64,000 bases of DNA from Lytechinus pictus (Eukaryota). A program made the translations under genes and the position numbers. The stretch lies in assembly GCF_037042905.1 (NCBI RefSeq), contig NC_087245.1:19840001-19904000 (forward strand). Direction: 5' to 3'. The notes under the pieces are model-generated. The model was not told the DNA's origin and ran no database searches. It saw only the letters and a program-made list of their open reading frames with translations. Position 1 is the stretch's first letter; each line of letters starts with the position of its first letter. This document shows positions 13,901-25,700 of this stretch, piece after piece.

Positions 13901-16492
13901 TGCTGATACATGACAAAACATGAATTCAAAACAGCATCTTATTTGTTTAGCAAGAATAAAAATTGTTGGCAATGATAAGAAAAAAATGAGTTGAAGTATT
14001 ATTGAACAAAGGTGTATTACTTAGTTTACTAACAATAAAAATATAGTGATGAGCTGTTAATGTTCATTGATTGCCAATTAACTTTGAATTAAAAATATGT
14101 ATAATTTTCTAAGCATTTACATACATCATCCGTTGCAATATCAACCCCTCCGTGCTGTCATCATGAATAAAACTGTATTATGATATCAAAAGTCATGTCA
14201 AAGTTGTATTTTAATAAATGAACTGCCAAAAAATATTGTCCATGAGATTGAGTGACCCTCTTCATTTTCATGTCTTGACAAATACACAGAAATTCTTTGG
14301 TGAATTTATCAAAATATAAACAAATATTTACCTTTGTCTTGACAGGGATTTTACAATACAAAATTTGAATTAAGAATGGCAAAGTGACTAAATATTCAAG
14401 TCATTTGATAACAAAGAAAGGACTTTGGAACATCCACAAATTAAAGAAAAAGTGTTATCATTTTCACCATGACCATGTTTTTGTTTTCAAATAAAATATA
14501 TATCAAGAAGAAATATTCTATATTTCCTTTTGAAATCCCATTTTCTTTAAAGTAGTTGATACTGATTTAAGTGTTACCTACATAAAATAGAAAAAAAATA
14601 TAATTAATTTGGTTCAGAAAAAAAATGAATCAAATTTAAAATGGCAAAAATATCATTACTTTCTCGATCAAGTATTAAATTCAAATGTGTGATACAACAA
14701 TAGAAATTTCCTGAATAAGTTACAACATTCTTTTATCTAAATTCAGTGAGAAATTGTGTGACAAAAACCAAGGAAGTATACAACCTCCATGCATTAACTC
14801 ACAAAGAACAACTTACAATACACATTCGACTACAAAGGCTTTTTCAATTTTTGTCCACTCTGTTATAAGCTACAGTTACAAGCTACTATAAAAGTGACCC
14901 TGGTCTCCATTAACCTATTCAATGCAAAACGTATGATGCTATCACACACAGAATTATTACTCAATCTTTCATTTTTGTATTATACAAATTAGCTGCAGGT
15001 TTAAGCAAAAATTATGGATAGTATCAAAATCAAACAAAATAAGAAATATCATGACTCAAAACATCATCGAGACATGTGTTTTTAGAGTCATATTGATTGA
15101 AAAGGATGTTTAATGCCATGAATATGCAAGGAAAAAGTCTAATGGTGCCTTATATCTTTTTATTCATTGTTTGGAATATGGCAAACACCTCAAAGTAATT
15201 ACTTTCAAACCTATAAAAAAAAACAGACACAAAAAATATTTTGAAGATTAAGGAATCAATTAAATAAAACAAATTAAAAAGATAGTTATTGATCTAAAAT
15301 TTTGAGTCACTCAAAAGCACAATAATAATAACAACTCAGTCAACAATTAAAATCAATGTATCCACTGGATATTATGATACAATTCATTACATACATCAAA
15401 TCCATATGGATGCTACTTAGGTTTGTTAATTTGTTTTGCATTGGAGATGTATTTTCCAGGCAGTTGTACTCTGTATATGATTTATTGGATATTTCTTCTA
15501 TTTCAATCTCGTTTCCGAAAATAAAGATTTGCGATTCTTTTCAACATCATAAAAATATGATAAATAGCTTCTAGAGCTACTGGATAGAACACTTTCAAGG
15601 AAAATAAAATTTGGGGGAGAATTCCATCAGGCAGTATTTGATAATTTGATCCTCTTATTCATTTCATGTAATATACATTACAATGTTGCGATATGAAGAG
15701 TATAAAATGTTTTCACCCAGTAAATCCTATATTTTCACAATTTGGGCCATACACAAGTCAATTTTAATTCCAATATTCTTTCTGTTGAATAAGTAGAATA
15801 GAATAGACAGTAGAAGATGATCATGGCAGTTGGAGAACTACTATGAAATTGATTTCGCTCAAATAAAAAAAAAGTTTTGCAATCCCCTCAATAATAATGA
15901 TGTAATTAAAATTTCCTAAGTAAGGACATAGTCAAATGATTGAAAATTTGAAGAAGGGTAAGATTGTTTTACAGTAAAAAACAATAATTTAATTGTCTAT
16001 GGTAGATGATAAGCTTAAAATCAAATAGATAAAAAACCCATTACTGGTATGAAATAATATTGTTTTATAAACCATGAAAATACTTTTTGATCACCCAAAG
16101 GGGGTTAAAATACAATAAAATTAATCATTCTGAGAGTTGCCTAATAATTCTTAGAAATGCCATGATGACCATTTCTAACAGATATAAATAAGCAAGACTT
16201 TGTAGGATAACCTCTTTCTAGCAAAAATTACAAGATACACGAGCATTATCTTTATTCAAGATATAATTTTTTTCTGTTCCATCAGAAGAAAAAAACCGGT
16301 AAAATGTAAACGCACCCATTTACAATTGTGATAGCTGCCACAAAAAAGATATATTCATCTTGGCAGTATTGTCATAATGAGTATCATATGCAACACCATT
16401 CTCTGCATACACATATAAGTATCAACTGAAAATCTCAAAAAATAGACAAAATTTAGTAAATTCTGATATATCCTGGATGAGTTTGGACCACG
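10950..16492 (-). other. Probable long (~5.5 kb) 3' UTR of the nuclear receptor
   Basis: AT-rich stretch with no recognisable transposon directly downstream of the stop. Minus-strand ATTAAA at ~11018-11023 and ~11159-11164 is followed by GU/U-rich sequence (10861-10980). The end point is uncertain. Confidence 0.45.
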
Positions 16493-16761
16493 CTAACTGC
16501 TCTCTGTAGCATCTTCTTTATCCAGATCAAAGATTTCGGCGTGGAGGGGCGGAAAGCTGACACCAGGTTGGCGTATCTTGAGGTCCATCAGGCGGCGCGT
16601 GTGCTCTGGACTGATCTCACGTAGCTTGGGGATGGTCGTGAGTAGCCTGAAGAAGAGCTGGTCGTCATCCGGGTGGTTGTCGCTGATCTCCAGCTGTAGG
16701 GCCTTGAGGAGATCAAGCTGGACTTCCCTAATCAGCTTACGGTTCTTGAGACCAGGTCGAT
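16493..16761 (-). CDS. Nuclear receptor last coding exon: LBD helices 9-12 and stop
   Basis: ctag acceptor; (D)[14 protein letters not shown]...[23 protein letters not shown]...[20 protein letters not shown]; TAG at 16495-16493. Confidence 0.95.
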
Positions 16762-19700
16762 CTAGATGATGATGAGGGGAAGAAAGGGCGGTTGGTGAGC
16801 AAATGAAAGTAATGTTAATCTAAAAACTGATTTTTGAATAAAGATTGAAACATAGTTCTGATCAAGACAGCCTCAGAGTTATTTTGATGGTGCATTTTGA
16901 TTCACCTAACAAGCATTTGCTGAAAGGCATTGAAATAACTATAACTAAAGCAATTTCATACCATTCAGTTAAAGATCACTTGCACTGCATACAGTTAAGA
17001 ATAACAGGGACTGCAAACAAATGATTTGCCTGACCTTTCAACTGCTATTTGTTATACACATATCTTGAGTGTGAGGGTGCTTGAAGAACAATCATTGTGC
17101 AGTGGACCATTTGAGACCTGCCATCTTAAAACCAACAATAAGTCCCCCATAATGAATTTTGAAAGTTTTATAGGCTTTATAATGAGAAAACAAAGTTTTG
17201 GTTCGGGGTTCATTCAAGCATGAGATGTGCACACTGTGCAAGCTCAGTAAAACTTCCAATCAGTCCCCCCCCCCCAAAAAAAAAATGTCAAAGAAATCCT
17301 TGTATCTTGTATTTCATTTAATTTAACCATTTAAAATTTTGACAGTATGAAGAATTACTCTTTCAGATGAGGTAATTTTCTAATACTTGCTTTTTGAAAA
17401 CCAAATTACTATTTTGGCTATTACAGGGAACATTCCCTGGTACTAATAGTTGGTTTTAGGGGCGGCTGGTCACATTTAAAAATAATATTTTCTGTAATTA
17501 GTTGGCCTGGGACTTTCGGGTATTTTTGATTTCGGGTACTCGTGGTCATTTTCGGGCGGGTACCCGAAAATCATGTCGCATGAAATAATTATGACTGGTA
17601 AAAAAAACCCAATAGGTGACGTCATCCAGCCACTGCGCCACAAGCAAACTTTATGAATGAAAATATAGTAAGCATGCACAGTGCAAGCCTCCCGTGCCCC
17701 ACACAGTATTCCATCAAAACAAGTCTGCAATAATCACCTCGTACCAAAATCGACCTAGAATTCCACTTTCCTATATTTCATATTAATTATGAAAGGTATT
17801 CTCGGAGGATCTGTTTTCTCACCGATACCACACAGGTAAGCAAATTTTGATTACTTATTGCTTTTCCGTAAAAATCTTACAAAGTAGCGTCGATATTACA
17901 TCGTGTTCGTGAGTTTGTAGAATCTATCGCTAAGCTACGTTACATGCACAAAGTCAATTGATTTCCGGGTAGTTTCGGAGTGCCGAATGCGCCAGCCAAT
18001 CACGATTGTGTTACCATAAGGTATATCACCAATCAGAACCGCAATGCATCATGGGATCAAATAGGGGGCTGTTAGCTAGCTCTGCGCACGTGCAGAACTA
18101 GCTAACAGCCCCCTTTTCGATCCCATGATGCATAGCTATTCTAATTAGCGATAAACCTTCTTTACGGTTTATGATGAACTGAAAATGGTAACACGAACGT
18201 GGTTGGCTAGCGCTTCGAACGTATATGCTCAAGCTGCAAAAGAAACATGGCGACGATCGAACGATCTCGGTCACATCATCACTTGAAAAACTTGTATATT
18301 TATGGATACTTCGAGGGTAATTGGTGAGATTCAAAATGAGACTTGTGTACTTTTGTGATGAGTTACAATCATGTCTTACACTACGCAATACAATACATAT
18401 ACGTTATACTGGTAAGCAATTTTCGGGTATCGGGTATTGATTTTTCTACCCGGGTACCCGAGGCTTCCGGGCGGGACCCGGGTTTTAGTCCCAGCCCTAG
18501 TAATTAGGATACAGTTTGAGAGCTGACAATAACTAAACTCTCACCTGCTGACATGATGACCACTGCGGACATCAGAGCATACTCGCTGTCATCCAGCATC
18601 ATTCGATTGACCCTCTGACCAAAGTCAAAGAGGAGATCAAACAGGTTGCCCATGGGCATCTTGTGGGCGTCGACCAGGCTGAAGGTGTCCCCCGTCGTCC
18701 ACCAGTACACCGTGTTGGTTGCCACGTCAACGACGGTTGAGAATCGTATCGTTAATACCTGCGAGGAAGAGGGAGAAGGTATGAAGTAAGATCTTCGAAC
18801 TAGAGGTCAGGATGAAGAGGAGAGGAATGTCTGATTATGGTCTGACCTCATCTCTTGAAAAGTTCGGACACTACTTTACAAAAACCTGTAATGTTAAATC
18901 ATGGATCCTACCACGTAGAATGGTCCACAGTTAAAGGTCATTTGTTGTTTCCATGGTATTTTGCATTGGCTTATATCCGAAATATTTCTTTCTGTTTTAA
19001 AAGATGACAACAAAATGAAATAAGATTGGAAATTACGGCCTTATAGGTAGATCAGATACAGAGTATAAGATGCAGGTGGCTGGAGGACTTAAGTGATTAA
19101 CAAAGGTGTCTGGATAAGTGATTTCCTGATTGCATCAGGTTGTATCTTCAATCTTTAATGATTAATATAGGAACTTATTTTATTCTTAAATTTAATTAAA
19201 ATAAGATGTTCGATATATCATGTAGCCATGATAAAAATTGGGGTCTTACTTCACCAGTTTCATTTAAAAAATGACAAATGAGGTTACGTTAAATTTCATG
19301 AGAAAATATAATTTCATTCAAGCCAGGTGATTATAGGAAACACACAAAACAGATCTCCCTAAGAAATTGGTAAAAAGGCACTACAGTATGAATAATTTTC
19401 TTTTTAAATTATCTTAATTTTAGAATATTTATTGTGCTCTTACTTCAAATAGTCCTGTCTTGATGAGCGTGATCTGATCCTCTCTGTCCAGTTGCTTAAA
19501 GCCAGGGATCATCTTACTGAAGTTGACAATCCTGGTGATTTGACTGGTGAACTTGTTGGAGAAGAAAGTCCACATCTTCTGACCATCGATGGGGCCGTCA
19601 GCAGGATCCAACTCCCTGGGTGGGATGGGACTGGTGGGGAATCCTGGAGGAGGATCGCACTTGCTGCAGTCATGGTCGTACTTGGAGTGTAACTGCAAAG

Positions 19701-22700
19701 TTATTGGTTTGGGGGAAAAAGCAAGGTTTTATTGTAACAGTTGACTGTTTGGGATAAAGAAATGGGCATAATGTTGTTTGATGTGAATGCCATTGGAGTC
19801 ATTCCTTACTTTCTGATTCAGTGATATAATGAGATCTCAGCTATGAACTAGCCTTCTTTGTCTATCCAGGAAAATTCTGTTTTCTTCTTTGCTTAAATGT
19901 AATTACTGACTGGCAAAAAGCTCATACAGTAAATATTATTGCATTAAATGTATATTTTATGTAATTTGGAAATGACACATACATAAAAAAAATCAGAATA
20001 CAATCAGGTAGTATGTCATAGATGGATAATTGAAAGAGAACAGAAGAGGAAGGTCAAAAGGAGTTAAATAAGAAATATGATGGAAGTGATGTGGAAGAGG
20101 TTCATCGTGGTGAAGGATTGAGTAGCAGAAATAACCAGTTGTCTCACGATGTACGTAGAATGTACTACGTTTGATACATCGTGAGAAAACTGGTTATTTC
20201 TCCTACTCAATGATGGAAGTCTTAGACAAGTTGGAACTGGAAAAGAGAAACATGCAAGCAGAGACCAGATTCAGATGGAAGTCAAGAACTTTAATATTTC
20301 TGTTTGATACTCACCCTTCCATTAAGTTCTTCATCTTCTCCAAGCTGAGGGAAATATCGTTCCCTCAAGAATTTAATTCTTCTGAAGGTATAATGGCAGG
20401 TGTCGTGGTAGACCTTGTTGACATCATGAATGATCTTCTCAAGCTTTGTCTTCATCTCTGGCGTGATGGGTTCATTGGGGTTGAAGTTTTCCAGCATCCC
20501 ACTTCTAGGAGTGTCAATCTTTGGTTCATCCTGCAGCCCAGGTTCCTCCTTGATGAATGGCTTGTGGTTCTGATGAGGAGATGACGGCGACTTCGACGGA
20601 TGAAGGGATGGAGAGAAGGACGGCGACCTCTCGGACTTATCGGGGTCTGGCGTTGACCGGACTCTTTGATGGAGCGGGTTGTGAGGAGATTTGGGATTGA
20701 GAGGTGAATGGTTGCTCTTGCGATCCATGGAGGCGGCATGGTGCATTTTGGCGTTGTGGACCATGAAGGGACTACCCATGGGGGACATGGCCATGGAGAG
20801 GTGAGGGGGAGAGGCTGGCATGAAGGATGAGGAGATTGCAAGAGGAGGTCTGGTCATGGCAATAGGAGACCAGGGTGAACCCAGAGGTGAATGGGAGGGC
20901 AGGAATGTTGCCGGGGACATACCCTGAGGGAAGGATGAGGGAATTTGAAAAAATTGGCCACTGTGGCCCTGAAGCGGTGAATATGAAGTGATCTGCTTGC
21001 CGTGCGGGAGTGGGAATTCCTCTAGTGACTTGCGTCGCTTCATTGACACCCCGTGCGCGTATTTCGAAGATGACGGGGAATCTCTGCTATCTGATCTGTT
21101 ACTCTTCTCTTCGTCATCATCGCGATCACGATCGTCCATATCTGCATCGAGGTCTTTCTGATTGTCAATCACCACTACTGTTGGACTTGGCGGTATAACT
21201 ATATCCCTGTGCCCTTTTTCTCCTTCCCTCCCTTCCCTGGAGACGTCTTTAGGTATTAATATAACAGGTTGTCCTGATCGTAGCATCTTTGAGATGGTAG
21301 ACATAGGTAGCCTGCTGTACGCAGCCTCATCTACCTCCATGGCGGTGGGCGGCTCATTACTATTAGGGGCACTTTCTGTGCGGTACGTACAATGCGAATA
21401 CTCCTCCTCAAACTTATCAAACTTACTCTGGGGTACGTTCGGTGAGGTGTCTTGCCTCTGTGCAGTGTTATTACCCGGTGAACTCAATTTGACAGCTGAA
21501 TACAGATCGACGCCATTGCCTCTGGGATCTCCTGCCCTGAACGGTGGGGTTGATAAACTTGTGATTGTCGGTGATTGCATGGCACTCTGCTGCATGGTGG
21601 CTGATGGGCACGTGTCTTGACAGCCCGTGACTGATGATCGTCGACTGTGGATCGGTGGTGGGGAGCCCTCAGGTGGTGTTGAGGTTTCGTTAAAGGCAGG
21701 AGGGTCTCGTTCCTGACCCCCTTGCTCGAGTTCTTGTTTGATGATGGTGGAGATGGAGCGCATGTGTTCCATGACCACCTGTGGATTGACTTGCCCATCT
21801 CCTCCCAACATGGCTGCCATGGGGAATCCCCCCATTCCACCTCCCATAGAAGGATGGCCATACATGGCACCCATGCCTCCCATAGGCATACCACCCATCC
21901 CTGGAGGCATATGGTGCCCTAGCATCGCTCCCTGAGGTCCACCTGGATGGTTCATGCCTCCTGGTGGCATTCCGCCTGGTCCGTACTTCCCTTGGGCAAA
22001 CAGGTCTGGATGGTTGCTATAGAAACCAGCTGGCTTCACTGTCATGTCCCCCTGATTACGTTGTTTGGCGATGGTCTCATGCATCTTCTCTATCATCCGT
22101 TTTGATCTCCGACCTAATCTGGATCCTGCATTCAACATAAAAACACAGAAAAGTGCAAAGAAACAATTACCAAATAAATCCCAAGACAAAATCACACATC
22201 ATTTGATGTGAACCTCAACGATTACTTTTCAGAAGTCAATATTTAAAAAATATTGAATGAGTAAAGGCAGGCAATTTCTACTGACATGGCAGACCAAACA
22301 AACATTTTTAACATCAACCCATAGCCATTTGAAATTGGCCATATACAAATTGAAGTCTCAGAGATTTACAGAAACACAATGTAAAAGGTTTAACAAAAAT
22401 GAGCTGCTTGAAACTTTATATTGACAGAAGGCTAAGAAACCAATTGCTTAAATATCTCTGCAAGACTGGGTAACAAGATATCATTGAATAATTTCTTTTG
22501 ATTACAAAAAATATCTATTTATATGAAAGTGGGATTATCCTTTTCTTCAAGTTCTTGGGCTCCCTCACTCCCCACTTACATTTTGTTCATATTAGGGAGT
22601 TGATTCTCAGCATACCTTCTTTAAAGAACAGAATACACATTGCACATTACTCTATTACTTGATAATTGACCTTAAAGTGAGAAATATCCAGGTCTCAGAT

Positions 22701-25700
22701 CGGAAATTCGAACTTAATGGGTGTGATTGTCGCCCCCTTGGTTCCGATTATTGTGCATTCCTAGACATTTCCTCTTCCAATTGGAAGTTAATTGGGGCTG
22801 CCCATGCTCGGCATATTGAATAGCTCAATAAAGTGAGAGGGATCAGGATTGGACATTCTATGGGTAAGTTACACTGCTTTGAGAATGATTGTGATGGGTG
22901 TGTGGGTGTGGGTGTGTGTGTGTGTGTGTGTGTGTACAAGGGGGGGGGGGGTGGACTCCTCAGATGCAAAGCATCTATTTCAAAGAATGATATCATATTA
23001 ATAAAACAATTTAAAAACAACAGAGAAATTTTTAGGATAGTAGGAGATTGTTCCTTCCCTTGTATTTTAAAAATAATATTCTTAGAAAGCCCATATATGT
23101 GATGAGAGTAGCATTGTTTTTTTTTCATTTGCAATAATTACACAAAGAAAATTTATTTTTTTCCTTATGAAATGCAGCTATGTTAATACAATTATAAAAA
23201 AATGAAAATTTCTAAAAATCAATAACTAATATGTAACAAAAAAGACTCAATAGAAAAAAGAGAAAGGGACTCTGGGAGGATAAACTGATTATAGATGGTA
23301 TGATCGACAATACTTAATTTAGATTAATATCTGTCAAAGATAGGAAGGTTTAACTATAGATCAAAAAGGTCAATTTGAAACATCTATATTAGAAATGAAA
23401 AAGGGAGAGGAGACAGGGAGAGAGAGAGAGAAGAACAACCTTAGAATAAGAAAAAACAGCCGACTTAAATGAAGGCAGACAGACAAACCGAGAGATGAAT
23501 AGACAAACAAATAAGGGAAGATTTGAAAAGTAAACCTTGCATTGCTGTTAACCCGAGACGCATCAATACAACCCCGCCTCACACATCCATCGACGGGACC
23601 GGTCTAAACCCTAGATGACGTATCTTTGATGGATCTCTGACTAGCGTCTCCTGATTGCTCCGATATTAACCCAAGATTGACCAGTAATCAAGGCATACGC
23701 AGCCATCACCCTACTAGCTACTTTAATCAATTTCCAAACAAGAGACCAAGAAGTTGGGAGGAAGGGAGATCTAAATTGGATGTGAAAACAGTCGCATTGG
23801 CCTTCACCTCCATTATACGTCTGACTCAGTTTGCTTTCCCTTTCTGCTTTGTTTCTCAGATACCATACTTATGACCCTGGCCTCTACCCATCTCCTTCAT
23901 GTCTTGCCACTTGTCTGATATTCTTTATAATTTTAGTCAAATTTTCATATTTTCATAATACATTCAAATTAAACAACATCGAAATTCCCAAATATTGTCT
24001 AACCTTCTTTACTGATTATGCAGATCAAGTAATCAAATAGAATATAACCGAAATGAAAATCGTTAGAAAAAAAGGATTTTTTATGTATCAACTTCCAGCC
24101 CCTTCATTCACAAATCTACTCCTTTACCTTCTCAATATACATGTATATCACTCACAATGAGAAAGATTCTATTTTCATGATTCACTACCCTTGTACTAAT
24201 TGTAAATACTACTCCCCAATCTTCCATTCCAGTCCTAGCAATATGTATCATTCTTTCTGCTACATTCTCCTCCCTCTATGCATCATACATCCATCTACAT
24301 CAGTTCTGCAATATTATCCCTCATACACTCTTTCCTCATCTATTCATCTCCTCCCATCATCCTTTTGTCGGCTACTTTCTTGACCGTCTCCCTCTCGGGT
24401 CCCGTGGCTGAAGATTGACCAGTAATAACGTTGTGGTCCATCCCAGTGGCTCCATTGGTAATTTGCAGTGGGAGTCGAAAGGAAGGGTATCTAAATTGGA
24501 TGTGAAAACACAGCGCATGGACTTTGCTGGAGCAAGCATTGTCATCTCATCTTATGATCATTTTCTCTTCTAATCATATGATATATCTTACACAATTTTT
24601 TTTTATACCATTGGATGCACGCTTAGCTTACATGTAAGATGTAACAATATAAGTTACCCTCTTCTTTCTCTTCCCATTCTCTCATCTTCTTTTTTCTCTC
24701 TTTGTTTCTCTCTCTTTATCCATCCCTTTGCATTTCTCTAATCTCCCTCTCTCTGTTTTTTCCTATCTCATGCTTTTTACAAACTTTACAAAACGCAAAA
24801 AGTACAATTTACCCCACCATTTTGCCCCATTTCTGTGACTTTGAGAATGAGGAATTGTTCATTACCTTAAACCCATACAGTGGAAAATTGAGTTTTCATC
24901 GGGTAATTATGGCTCACTTCTCCTATTTACTCAACACTTTACTATCTCCAAGGTTTTTTTATGAGAATGATGATTGCAATAATCCATAATTATAAAAAAA
25001 AGACAATGGCAATATCACTACTTTTATCACTACCTCATGATGGCAGCTATTACTACAACTAATACTTCTACTACTTCTTCTACTACTACTACCACTAGGT
25101 CTATTATCACTACTTTTCTCTCTAAAAACACAGTAGAGAGTAAAGTGACAGCGTTTTCCACACTTTTTAAAAAGTGTTTTCATTTTTTCTTCTACTTTTT
25201 CGACTTCTACTACTCTCACTACTACTACTACCACTACTACTACTCTCACTACTACTATTACAATTAAGATTTAAGCAACATTCGCACAGCAATGCAGCAA
25301 ATTCCCTCTTTACAATCCCAAAATACAATATTATACAGCAACATGGCACTCGGCCAAAGTAATTTATTTAGATTGTTCTACTAATTTATCCCCTTCTGAC
25401 AATGAATCTAAATGTCGGTTGTACATATGTAATCATGGCCATTACTGGAGCCTGCAAAATAATTCCCTTGAAAAAATAATTACTCTAATCTAAATTCTCC
25501 AGACAACTTTCATTTGGCATTCTTTTAACCTTCATTTTTTTACCAAGATAATATATGCAATATACAAATTCCTCTGAACTGGGGGGGGGGGGGGGGGAGA
25601 CAATAGGTCCTATCATAAATATTGTATAAGCTTTAAACTGGTATATATATATGAATTATCAAGGTCATGTGATAAATGAGTGTCTTAAAAATATTACAGA

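Noticed and set aside
21495-21520. GVDLYS as a knirps-type CtBP-binding PxDLS motif
   Set aside because: It lacks the Pro and does not fit PxDLS.
22126-22195. N-terminal MILSWDLFG...MLNA of the 634-aa ORF as a real protein start
   Set aside because: It is intronic sequence upstream of the tgcag acceptor at 22126-22127; the true frame comes in from the finger-2 exon.
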